Source: Octopus vulgaris (taxonomy: Eukaryota). Taken from it: a stretch of 64,000 nucleotides of DNA. Positions 52,308-64,000 of this stretch are shown one piece after another. The translations under genes and the position numbers were made by a program. The stretch is taken from assembly GCA_951406725.2 (NCBI GenBank), contig OX597818.1, forward strand, positions 7,626,001-7,690,000, read 5' to 3'. The notes beneath the pieces are model-generated. The model saw only the letters and a list, made by a program, of their open reading frames with translations. It did not search any database and had not been told where the DNA came from. Each line of letters starts with the position of its first letter. The first letter of the stretch is position 1.

Positions 52308-55273
52308 TAGTTTTATTTTTATAGCGTGCTTTCACTTCACTACCGAGCGCAGCTCTGTGTGCTTTGGGTATGTGCTGTGATTTGTTGTGATGCTCTGATG
52401 GTTATTGTATGGAAAGTGTTCTGCGTAGGATGTGTGCAGTGCCTAGTAGTGCAATTTTCTGTATGTTATATGTGTTTGTAAGTCCTGGTGTTTTTGTTAT
52501 GTATTTGTCTGAATATTTTTTTATCATACCTAATGCACCTACTATGATAGGAATTGTTTCTGTTTTCAGGTTCCACATTCTAGTTATCTCTATTTCCAGG
52601 TCTTTGTATTTTGAGAGTTTCTCCATTTCTTTTAGAGACACGTTGTCATCTGCCGGTATTGATACATCAATTAGAAAGCATTTTTTTTCTTCATGATCTC
52701 TGACAACTATATCTGGTCTGTTGGCCTTAATTTCTCTATCTGTGTGTATCGGCATATCCCAGAGTATGGTTGCTTTCACGTTTTCTGTTACCTTTTCTGG
52801 TGTGTGCCTATACCATCTTTTTTCTGTTGTTATTCCATAATATTGGCATAGCTTCCAATGTATGTAGGTTCCAACTCTGTCATGTCTGTGAATATATTCC
52901 TTCTTTGCCAGAACTGGGCAGCTAGAGATAATATGATTTATTGTTTCTTGTCCATCTCCACATATTCTGCAGTTACTTGTAATATTTCTTTTCATTACAT
53001 GTTTTTGGTAATTTCTGGTGGGGAGGCTTTGGTCTTGTGCTGCAATTAAAAATCCCTCTGTTTCTGCTTTGAGTCCTGAGCTTCTCAACCATTGCTGGGA
53101 TTTTTCTTTGTCTATTTCTTTTGCGTTTAGTTTAGTGCAGTATTTACCATGAAGGGGCTTTTCTTGCCATCGTTTTATCATGGCTCGTTGCTGTTCTATT
53201 TTTAGTTTGGATTTCATTTGTTTTATAGCTTTTGTTGTTTCTTCATCATCTTCTTCTTCTTCTTTGTGTTTATTAGGTGGTATGATTTCTTGTTTGTATT
53301 TGTCAGCTTCCTTAAATACTGAGAACAGTTTTTTGTTTTGCTCGTGTTTTGCTGCTATCTGGATCAGTTTTCCTTCCTTCTGAAGTAGGTATTTTTGCAG
53401 TCCTATGGTGGTTATTTTATAGTAGTTTTCCAGCTGTATAAGGCCTCTACCACCTTCTATACGTTGTATATATAGTCTTTCTATGTCAGATTTTGGGTGA
53501 TGCATCCTAGATCCTGTCAGTATTTTTCTTGTTTTCCTATCTATTTTGGACAGTTCATTTCGTGTCCAGTTAAGGATATTGTAGCTGTAACTTATAACTG
53601 GGACAGCTAAAGTGTTGATACCTATTATCTTGTTTTTAGCATTTAGCTCTGTGTTTAGTATTGATCTAACTCGTCTATAATATTCTTTTTTTATTTTCTT
53701 TTTCATTTGTGTGTGTTGTGTCTTATCTAGTTCATGGATTCCTAAGTATTTGTAAGTTTGGCTTTGGTCTAATTCTTTTATTTCATTGGTTTTATCTAGT
53801 GTGATGTTGTTACTCTTAACTAGTTTTCCTCTTTTCATGGTTACTTTGGCGCATTTTTCTAATCCAAATTTCATATCTATTTCTTTGGTAAATCCATGAA
53901 CTGTCTTTAATAGTGTTTCCAGCTGTTTGTCATTTTCAGCGTATAGTTTTAGGTCATCCATATATAAAAGGTGGCTGATCGTTTTGCCGTAACATTTATA
54001 TCCGCATCCAGTTCTATTTAGCATATCAGATAGAGGTGACAGTGCCAAGCAGAAAAGGAGTGGAGAGAGCGTGTCTCCCTGGAATATTCCTCTTCTAATG
54101 GGATGTCTTTGGTTTTCATGAGTCCCTCTTTTCTTTGGAGGTGTAGGACTGTTTGCCATTTATTCATAGAGTGCTCTATGAATTTTATGATTGTTGGTGC
54201 TACTTTGTTAATGGCTAGTGTTTTGAGGATCCATGTGTGGGGGATGCTATCAAACGCCTTTTTGTAGTCAATCCAGGCCATACTGAGGCCTTTCTTCTTT
54301 CTGTGGCTGTCTTCAGTTACGGCTTTATTAATCATTAGTTGATCTTTACAGCCATATGAGCCCTTGCGGCATCCTTTCTGCTCTTCTGGGAACAGTTTGT
54401 TTTCGTCCAGGTGTTTGTTCAGCCTTTGCGATATCACTGCAGTAAATGCCTTGAACATAGTAGGGAGGCAGGTTATTGGTCTGTAGTTTTCTGGTTTTGT
54501 TGTTTCATTTGATTTGGGAATTAAGATGGTTTTCCCCTTCGTGAGCCATTCAGGCATTGTCTCTGGCTCTGCTAGTATGCTGTTAAAGTTTTCAGCCAGC
54601 TTTTTGTGCATTCCTGTTAGATATTTCAACCAGAAGTTGGGGATCTTGTCATGCCCAGGTGCCTTCCATTTGCTTAGTTTTTGCAGTGCCTGGGTGACCT
54701 CTTCAGTTGTTATGGGGGTCCAAAGTTGTTCAGATGCCGAGTTTGTTATTTTCATACACCTTTTTTTTTGGCTGTTCGTTCGCCGACCATATTTCTCTCC
54801 AGAATTCTTCCAATTCTTCTGCCGTTGGTGATGCAGTGACTTCTATTTTATTTTTGCCCAGTTCTTGGTAGAACTTTTTGGGGTCGGAGTTGAACTTTTT
54901 GTTCTGTTCAAAGAAGCGTTGGCGTTTCTCGTACCGGCGGATCCTTTGAGCTTTGGCAAGGATATCTTGCTTCAGCTTTTCTTTTATCTCCGGCAAATCT
55001 TCTTCTGTGATGTTATATTTGCGGAGCATTTTTGTTCTCTTTTTGTTGCTTAGTAGCGTTGCTTGTTTGCTGATTTCATTAAGAATCGACAGGTATTTTC
55101 TAATTTTTTAAAATTTGTTTTGGATGTTATTTATCCACAGGGTTTGTTTGGGTGGTGGTACTCCTGTTTGGGTGGGTTTGGGTGAGTATCTAGCTTTTTT
55201 TGTGGCTGCAGTGGCTGCTGCGTATATCAAGTCATTTTGTGGTTGCAGTGGCTGCTGCGTATATCAAGTCATT
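52305..55273 (-). mobile_element. Young R4/Dong retrotransposon copy C, ~3 kb: RT + CCHC + restriction-like endonuclease, 5'-truncated
   Basis: KWKAPGHDKIPNFWLK, NYRPITCLP, EQKGCR, WIDYKKAFDS, GIFQGDTLSPLLF, HLLYMDDLKLY, YKYLG, CRICG..H..C, RPDIV; two frameshifts and one stop; both ends in (TAA)n. Confidence 0.97.
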
Positions 55274-55288
55274 ATTATTATTATTGTA

Positions 55289-55361
<73 letters not shown>
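55274..55361. repeat. (ATT)n tract at Dong 5' end
   Basis: Directly visible. Confidence 0.95.
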
Positions 55362-55362
<1 letters not shown>

Positions 55363-55545
55363 GCCCAATACTTTAGGAATGAGAACCCTGGTTCGAAATT
55401 TCCGCAAGAAACCTAAAGAAGGCTGGAGGGTATCTCAGCCGAAACGTTGTGCTAACAGCAAACAAGATGAGGATAAATGTCCATCAAATGTACATAATGT
55501 AATAATGTACATAATTCCTCATCTTTTAAATAAAGAACTTTAAAG
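55362..55545 (+). mobile_element. Short Penelope-derived (pLTR-like) element with a degenerate minimal hammerhead at 55407-55455
   Basis: AC-CTAAAGA-A-GGCTG-(10 nt)-CAGCC-GAAAC-GTT-GT; one mutation in the CUGANGA box. Confidence 0.6.
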
Positions 55546-55559
55546 CTAATTAATTATTT

Positions 55560-56780
55560 TATGTTGTCTGCTGTGCTGAACATACTCAAACATCTACCTA
55601 TCCATGAGTGCGGGATCATGTCATAATATTTCCTATAATATATCCATGGTATTCTTTGATTTTCCTTTGTAGATTTTATTTCGGTTACATCTGAATTGTC
55701 TATATATAATACTTCATGCATTCCTCTAACTTCTTCCTGGAATTTTTCTATTCTTCTGCTAGTAAATTCTGGTTTTCAAGGTGCTCGTAACAGCTTTCTG
55801 AAATCTTTCCTATTAACAGCGTCCACAAAAATGTTGTGCAAGTGATTGATCTATAGCTGCTAGCTGTACTACCCCTGCTCTTATCCTTTATAATGAGTAT
55901 TGTCCTCAGTCTAGTCATCTAAGCTTGTATTCCTCCATGAAAGCAATCCCGAAGTTGTTTTCTCGGCATCCCATGTAAATTACTGAATCTCTCTAGCCCT
56001 ACCCTTGAACTATATCTGGCCCTGGGCACTACCAATTCGGCATTTCCACTACAACTTTATACATTAATGCACTAGTTAATCTTAGATATGGTTACTTCTC
56101 ACACAGTACTTTTTCTCTCATTATCTTTAACCATACTGCATCTCGATTTATGACTGACTAGTTTCTCCAAAATATTACTCCAGAACTTTCTAGCTTCCTC
56201 TGCATTAGGTTACTCATCTTCAGTACTTCGTTCTCCACTATTTATTCGTTTATAAAATCTCCTCTTGCCTCTCTCAAATAACATATTCTGATGATACTAA
56301 TCTATTTTTTCTGATATCTGGACAGCTTGCCTGCTACGACTACGATGCGGTTTTTCAATTCTTCTACTGCTGTCCTAAATTCTTTCTGTTTGACTAACTA
56401 TCATTTCTCGAGTGAGAAATGTTGTGTTTCCTAAATTGTTCCTTTTCCAGCTTACTCAGATTTTGTCTTAAATTCATCGCATTAGTTTGTTGTCTCCTTT
56501 TTCACATTTGTTTTTTAAACTCTCCCTGTTAAATATCTAATTTTCTGGTGCCTACTACCCCTCTTCCATATATCAATAAGTTAGTACCTTCTATATTTTT
56601 AGTATCTATCCTCCTGATAACGGAATCAACTTTCCTAGTCTTTTCATGTAGCTTCCTTCTGTTGAAGTTTTTTAATGCTGGCAATCTTTTTATCACTTCT
56701 CTACTTATTACTTGCAGCATCCCATCTAAAATTTTGTGATCTTCATCATTTAAATCACCGAAATCGTTGATGCCAGTTGT
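55560..56780 (-). mobile_element. Old R4/Dong-type element, degraded N-terminal and RT fragments
   Basis: MPNW*CPGPDIVQG, ARKFWSNIL, RLPALKNFNRRKL..TNLLIYG. Confidence 0.6.
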
Positions 56781-57719
56781 CCCATATTTATTGGCAACGC
56801 TATTTTAATATTAATCTTCAGGTTCTTTGGTTTAAGATGCATCTCTTATGTTGTGCTCTATTATCTGCTGATGCTGTATTAAGATGACAGCTGTGGTCAG
56901 TCTGCGTCTGCTGAGCGAGGGGCCTTCCTTGAAAGGTTCAGCTTAATTTTCGTTGTTACAACTAGAGTTGTAACTCCTGTGTCGCATAAACTGAGGCAAG
57001 GTATTATCTGTCAACGTCGTCATCACCACTTTCATTTCTCGATATGTGAAAGTTTTAGGCAACTTTCTCTAGCACCCTTTGTTGCACCTTGGCGCTGGTG
57101 AGGTGGTGTGTGCTGCATTTTTTTTGGCAGCACGATATTGAATTGTATCAGTAAGTTTCGTATGGGGTTTTGTTTGAGTATTCGGTTGTATTAGTTTTTA
57201 AATTGTGCGTTGCTTGTATAGCGCATGTTGTGTTCGGGCGAATATTTACCTTCTATGGCACTTGCTGTGGGTTTTATTCATTTTCTTAGATATTTAACGT
57301 ATGAGTTTATTTTTGCATGATTTCAGAGGGTTGTTGATTAGTAGTATGTGTTTGTAAACCCTAAATTATCTATTTTATAGTATCTATGATTATCCGTACG
57401 CCTATCCTTTGCTCGTTTTTTTTTATGGGTTCCGATAAATATATTAATAATATTATCGCTTTCATTACAATCTTCTTTCAATTTTGTTTCCTTTTCTTGC
57501 GAGTGCTTTCGTGACACCCAGGGCAGAGACATGCACTATATGCTTTTGTGGGCCAATAAAGTATCACACAAGGTTGTTCATTTACAATGTCAGATGATAG
57601 AAAAACGCAGACGAAAGACTGAGAGAAAAAGAAAAAAAGATATAAGTATATAAGTAAACAAAGAAAATAAAGAGCAAAAAATAAAAAGTCACAGCGACGA
57701 TACTCTTCTCAATACGTGT

Positions 57720-57900
57720 GACGTACCAATTAATACAATCTTTTACGCTTCCTGCACGACTGGTAATCCAGTGAACATTCTCAAATGATTTTCAGTTCTT
57801 TTACAGATCGTTTCAAGTGCTCCTACAACCACTGGTAATGTAACCGTTTTGAGATGCTGTCATTGCTCTACTACAATGTGGTATTATTAAATGTTGTTTA
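57720..57900 (-). mobile_element. Old R4/Dong-type C-terminal fragment
   Basis: Minus-strand LKTVTLPVVVGALE..LIGTSRVLR. Confidence 0.45.
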
Positions 57901-58285
57901 GTTTTAACTTTTGTCTTGTACTTGAGATATTCATATATATGTGAGGGTTGGAGTAAATTGTAGGAGAAAGAGCAGGAGCTTGGTAATTACTCTAAATTCC
58001 ACAGGTCTGTAAATCGTTTCGGCTAATGGTGAGAAGGAGATCAAGGATGGGGCTTCGTATTCCTGTGCGATCAGGGGACAATACAAACGTCACAGCCTTG
58101 CGGTCAGCAGAGGTCAAATGTGTTTACTACTACTAACGATCAATGAGAGCGCTGACCTTCGTCTTGGAAAGAACCAATTCACATTTTTCTGTGTTTATAT
58201 ACTAATAGAAAAATGGTATATACATACTGACATTTACATCGTTGAACTTTTGAAATTGGGGATTTTTGAATTTTTCTTTTTATAA

Positions 58286-58935
58286 GTTTTGCTGTGGTTT
58301 ACAGTTTACGTAGTTGTACAGTTTGTAGATATTGGCAGGTGTTTATCTCCTTAATTTTAATTGCGCGTTTAATTTGTTGCAATAAAAAATGTATGTTTAA
58401 ATATTCAAAGTCAAAGAGAAAAGAAGGGTAAAATTTCCATAGAAAATTGTAGATATTAAAGTTTTAAATTTTCTACAGATGATCGTGTATAAGTCCGGTC
58501 AGAGAAAACTGTAGTGCTCTTGCAATAAAAATGGTGCTTACATTCTCGATTATTCAGGGAAAAAGGAAATGGAAGAAAAGAGGGGTAGGACTTTCCTAGA
58601 AAATTGTAGATATCGAAGTTTTTTAATTTTCTGAAGACGATCGTTTGTAGGTCTGAACAGATTGTTTGTAGGTCCACATTTTCGAAAGATGATCGTTTGT
58701 ATTTTTTGTTTGCAATAAATGGATGTTATGATTACATTTTCGAATACTCAGAGAGAAGCATATGGATAGAAAAGAAGTGTAAAGTTATCACAGAAAACAG
58801 TAGATATCTAACAGTAGATATCTAAGTTTCTAACTTTCTTTTGGGAGGATTTAAAAAAAAATACTTACATGAGATTGTGGATATTTCAAATTTGAAAATT
58901 ATTTTTCATTTGTTCTGCTGAGCTGTATCATTGAT
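58286..58935 (+). repeat. Second copy of the subrepeat-containing interspersed repeat (see 21950-22598)
   Basis: GGTTTACAG..TTGGCAG..CAGAGAAAACTGTAGTG..TATTCAGGGAAAA motifs in the same order. Confidence 0.7.
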
Positions 58936-60021
58936 AATTATTCAACTATTTATATTTCACTGTAGGAAAATAATTATACCGTCGTCTCAAGATAAAGTAA
59001 TCTGCCTAGAAGGAAATCATTTTCTCAGTAAATTTTAAATATCGAGACGAATGTTTTAGCATACAATATCTTACATATTGGGGGTCTGTAAAAATATCGG
59101 AGTTTCTTTTAATCCCCAAATTATTGTCACAGAAGGTAGCAATCTCCAACATTAAAACGCCATTGACAATTAATATTAATGCTGGATACACATAGCCCTT
59201 TGGTTTGTCATTAATGCATTTAGTCACTCATTGGAGCATAGCTGCACTCCGATTTTAAAGCGATGGCTGCACTTTCAACACAATTATGCTGTTTTATTCC
59301 GGGCTTAAGTTATAAAATATTGGCGAGAAACAACAAGAAAGATAAGTCTCTAACATAGATTTCAAACCTAAATTGATATCAAAATAGAATTTAAAATATT
59401 TCAACAAGTCTGTTGAGAATATATGATTAAGAACTAATAACACGCTAGGAAAACGAAATGAAATTAGATAATTAATGCAAACTTGGATTTTCAAATAATT
59501 ACTAATTAATTAGACAGAGGATAATACATACAAATGAAAAATTTAGTATACTATTGTTCTGATAGTATGAAATACTATTATACTTAATATACAGCTAAAT
59601 GCAAAGTATTTGTTGAGGCTGCTTTATGATCAGTGTAGATAATTCATACCTATGATATGAATCACCAAATTTGGATATAAAACAAAAAAAGAAAAATGTC
59701 TGTTTCTCGAATTCAGCACGGAAGTCATAGATAGATTATATTTCCATTTGAATATTGGAAGAAAATTCGTAATGTAATTAGAAAGAAATTACAAAATTAC
59801 TACTCGAAGCCTATAAAATTTTCTAGTTATTAACATTAAACACATTACTATTAGCTACAAGTCACGAATGAAAAACTTTTTTTATTTTTGCATTGAAAAA
59901 CACCACTGTAGATGGTAAAGAAAGGGAAAACAACGGATACTAAAAGAAAAGAAAGCTCTGAATAGAAAAAAAGGAACGCGAAAAGAGAACGTTAATACTG
60001 TTTTAATGTTATAAGCTACAA

Positions 60022-60370
60022 AAGTGGTGACCTGTCTGAATTGTTGCTGCACCGGGTGAAATGAGTAGCTGCATTTCTTCCACCGAAGTCGACGTCACCC
60101 TTTCATCCATGAGGAGTAAAAAGAATGAGTACCATTTGAGCCTGGGAGGTCGATACAATCGAAATAGCTAGCTTGTACCAAAATCTGTAACCGTTATTAC
60201 AAGCTACAAAGTTAGAAAGCAAACAGAATCGTTACAGCATTTTTTCTAGCTTTGCTTAGGTTAAATACCACTGGGGGTCTACTTTGCCTTTCATCTCTTG
60301 ATAAAATAAATTACAGTTGAGTTACACGCTCCACAGAATTGATCGCCTTGTATCAAAGTTTGACGACAAT
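60022..60370 (+). mobile_element. Two degraded SINE copies (family of 62962)
   Basis: CCACCGAAGTCGAC..CTTTCATCC..GAGTACCA..GGTCGAT and CTTTGCCTTTCATC cores. Confidence 0.6.
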
Positions 60371-61954
60371 ATTCGAAGTTACCTCGATGGAAAGAAAATT
60401 AGTCTGTGTAACTAATTCATGGATGGGAAACAGAATATTTTCAATGGTTGAATGAAATTCATGAAATTAGATCATAGTCATATGGGTCAAGAGTAAATGG
60501 GAGAAAATATCTATCGCGGCTAGGAACGCAAGCCATGCAGCAATTACTAAAGGACGTAATTAATATCACATATTATGAAACTGCATAGTATATAACAGTT
60601 AAAAAGAAACGCACAACTTTACTGCGTCTGGCTATCTAGACATTCACAAGTGTGAATACATTAGAGATTGCAACAGAAATATGGAATAGCAGAAACGCTT
60701 TTATAGTTAGAAATATGACACTTAGCATGAGATATGACAATGCATACAACAATGGGAGATGAATAATAACCAGCAATATTTTGCTGTCAACTTCGAGCTG
60801 AACATTAAGTTTATATTTTGGTCAGCTGCTATCGTAGTTTCCTCTAATGCAACTTCTTGACTGAAGCTTATTCTTTTTCCTCTAACCACTCTTCTCAAGA
60901 GGAACCGCAATTTTTGGTGGTAATTCTTCCTATCGATAATCGAAGCCCGCCGAAAGAACTCGATAACCCGGTCTACGCAGGTTTGGCTCGCCAATAACGG
61001 TGCATTCGGCTTCTAGTAATCGTTTCTCTATCTACGAAATCAAACGAAACGTCTATACAGATCATTATCCCTATCTACATCGTAGGGCTATGAAGGATTG
61101 ATACTGGGGCTGTGAAGTCTTGCATACGTTAATTTCAACCCTTCTTAATAACAAGTGCGTTGTTTCATTTAATGTATACTAACATCTGACTATTCAAAGA
61201 AGACTTCAAAAGTAACTAATAGCAACTGTATTCAAAATAGAAGAAATTTTAGTATCGTGTTATCAAATACTTGTGGCGAATAGGTTTAGCCACCAAGGAC
61301 ATTCATGCAGATTAGGTTGTTTCATTCGTGGGTGATGCTCTAGATTTTTCACAGCTATTTTAATCATTTTGCACTTAATTGAGTCCAACAGATGAAACTA
61401 GCAATCCAATACGCAGGCAAAAGTAGCGTTATTGTCACACTAGATATTATGGTGATTTAGCTGAACGGTAGTTAAAAAGTACAAAGCTATACTCGAATAT
61501 GTCTGGAAATATAAATAAATCCAATGCTTTCTTTTCCTAATATTGTAATTACTTTACTACTGATGAAACTGACTTTTCCTCAGAATAGTGTACCAACATT
61601 GTAGTGATGCGAGAAGTGATGGCAGCGATAGTGATGCAACGAACAGCGTCACTGTTACAGTCTATTCTTTTGCTTTTGTGCGTCCTATCAATCTTGCTAT
61701 CGATAACATTTTTGGTGGCTGTATGAGTGATGGTTTGATTAACTGTCGTTGTGACAAATTAAGCAGTCTCAGGATTGCTGATCCAGACTGGAAGTGATGC
61801 AGACGACAGTATTATAAGGCACAACTCACATGCTAAGGAGAGTATTGTCTGTTTGAGTCGCAGGAGAAGACACTACTTGAAACCTTTGGTGATTTGTTCT
61901 TGCCTGCTTTAAAGTAAAGAACAACTGCTAGTTAAGAACTATCCAAGAGTCTTT

Positions 61955-61967
61955 CATAATAATGATG

Positions 61968-62058
<91 letters not shown>

Positions 62059-62078
62059 TAATAATGATGATGATGATG

Positions 62079-62171
<93 letters not shown>

Positions 62172-62195
62172 TTAATGATAATAATAATAATAACG

Positions 62196-62249
<54 letters not shown>
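61955..62249. repeat. ~300-bp (AAT)n tract
   Basis: Directly visible. Confidence 0.95.
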
Positions 62250-62252
<3 letters not shown>

Positions 62253-62806
62253 GCCCTGATGCAGTACCAGGCAGTGGCTCTCATGGCTTCTGATCTTAAC
62301 TGATTGGAAGTGTTATCATGTACATTGTTTTGTCTTGGTATAAAAGATGGGCTACAGCAAATATTCTGCTCAATACCACAGATTTGCTTGTCAGTTGTTT
62401 GACCTTAACCAGTTGAGCATGTCCCTTAGTGGCTGACGATATGTGCATCTCTGATCACGAGCAGAAGTAGTGGGGGAGCATCATAGCCATGTGTTGAGAG
62501 GGATTCTTTGGGGTTTGAATAATTCACCTCTGGAAACATGGGTGGTTCTTTCAACATCCTTTAACAACCCTTATTCAGGGACCTTTTGAGCGGTATGAGC
62601 TAATCAACCTGAAGAAAATTCTAACAGGGCACCACCTGCAAGGTCATGTGCTGTTTATCTTGACATGAAATCATCATATCGCGCACGTATGGTTGTGATG
62701 CATGTGCCCGGTGTACCTTTATCAGACGGGTAGTCATGATGGGTATATTGGGCTTCGTATATTTTACCCCAGTGTCACTTTGATGGCATGCACTGCTCTC
62801 TCACTC
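62250..62806 (+). mobile_element. ~560-bp non-coding retroposon embedded in (TAA)n
   Basis: Both ends abut AAT tracts; 3' end ..CTCTCACTC(AAT)n shared with the truncated copy at 23480-23685; no recognisable ORF. Confidence 0.75.
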
Positions 62807-62867
62807 AATATAATAATAATAACAATAATGAGAAGGAAGAGGAGGAAGACGACGAGGAGGCGGATGG

Positions 62868-62941
62868 GTATTTCAAATTTTGGCACACGGCCGCTAAGAA
62901 TTTTCCCCGACTTGCTAAGATTTCTGGCAGCTTGCCGCCTT
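62868..62941 (-). mobile_element. Internally deleted SINE (head fused to tail), head-to-head with the next SINE
   Basis: Reverse complement AAGGCGGCAAGCTGCCAGAAATCTTAGCA..CTTAGCGGCC joined directly to GTGTGCCAAAAATTTGAAAT. Confidence 0.65.
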
Positions 62942-62961
62942 AAATAATAGTAACATAAAGA

Positions 62962-63380
62962 AGGGCGGCGAGCTGACAGAATCGTTAGCACGCCGGGCAA
63001 AATGCTTAGCGATATTTCGTCTGCCGTTACGTTCTGAGTTCAAATTGCGCCGAGGTCAACTTTGCCTTTCATCCTTTCGGGTTCGATTAAATAAGTACCA
63101 CTTACAACTGGGGTCGATATAATCGACTTAATCCGTTTGTCTGTCCTTGTTTGTCCTCTCTGTGTTTAGCCCCTTGTGGGTAGTAAAGAAATGGGTATTT
63201 CGTCTGCCGCTAAGTTCTGAGTTCAAATTCCGCGGAGGTCTAGTTTGCCTTTCATCCTTCAGTGGTCGATAAATAAATACTAATTACGCACTTGGGGCAA
63301 CGTAATCGAATTATTCCCTTTTTCTGTCTTTATCTGTCCCCTCTGTATGTAGCTCCCTTCTGGGCAATAAACAAATAAAT
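62962..63380 (+). mobile_element. tRNA-derived SINE with tandemly duplicated body (dimer)
   Basis: GGCGGCGAGCTGACAGAATCGTTAG head, GAGTTCAAAT B box, GCCTTTCATCCTT core; body repeats from ~63196. Confidence 0.85.
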
Positions 63381-63384
63381 AATA

Positions 63385-63435
63385 TAATAAAGAACAAGAA
63401 TAATAATAAGAAGTACAATAATAATACTAATAAGG

Positions 63436-63512
<77 letters not shown>

Positions 63513-63516
63513 GATG

Positions 63517-63598
<82 letters not shown>
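63385..63598. repeat. (AAT)n tract
   Basis: Directly visible. Confidence 0.95.
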
Positions 63599-63601
<3 letters not shown>

Positions 63602-64000
63602 GAACTGGATGCGGATATAAATGTTACGGCAAAACGATCATCCACCTTTTATATATGGATGACCTAAAACTATACGCTGGAAACACTACTAAAGACAGTT
63701 CATGGATTTACCAATTAAATAGATATGAAATTTGGATTAGAAAAATGCGTCAAAGTAACCCTGAAAAGAGGAAGACAAGTTAAAAGTAGCAACATCAATG
63801 AACTAGATAAGACAACACACACAAATGAAAGAGAAAATAAAAAAGAACATTATAGACGAGTTAGATCAATACTAAAAGCAGAGTTCAAAGCTAAAAACAA
63901 GATAATAGGTATTAACACTTTAGCCGTCCCAGTTATAAGTTTCAGCTACAATATCCTTAACTGGACACTAACTGAACTGATCAAAACAGATAGGAAAACA
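63599..64000 (+). mobile_element. R4/Dong copy D, 5'-truncated RT fragment with small internal deletions, running off the window
   Basis: NRTGCGYKCYGKTIIHLLYMDDLKLYA, matching copy C around 54020-53510; 5' end in (AAT)n. Confidence 0.9.

Noticed and set aside
60722-60994. 90-aa GC-richer ORF
   Set aside because: Non-ATG start, no recognisable domain or splice signals; probably decayed repeat

Overview
AT-rich, microsatellite-dense eukaryotic non-coding DNA. The SINE, LINE and Penelope families resemble those I recall from Octopus genomes (inference, no search run). No host protein-coding gene, tRNA, rRNA or CRISPR array can be firmly supported; nearly all long ORFs are retroelement pieces or translated microsatellites. 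Main contents: (1) several generations of R4/Dong-clade non-LTR retrotransposons (RT + CCHC + restriction-like endonuclease) inserted in (TAA)n tracts, including three young near-identical copies; (2) a (TA)n-anchored cluster of Penelope-like elements at ~25.7-35.2 kb, with two convergent Hydra-like copies carrying long Asn-rich linkers and type I hammerhead ribozymes (one with an intact core and an 86-nt stem II), plus a near-perfect ~120-nt hairpin; (3) degraded L1/Tx1, RTE, HERO and mariner elements; (4) many tRNA-derived SINEs; (5) a ~560-bp non-coding TAA-embedded retroposon. The most notable patterns are the ribozyme-bearing Penelope cluster, recurrent templated tandem duplications at the 5' junctions of TAA-targeted insertions, and two separate microsatellite niches (TAA for Dong, TA for Penelope). 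Two weak candidate host exons are flagged.
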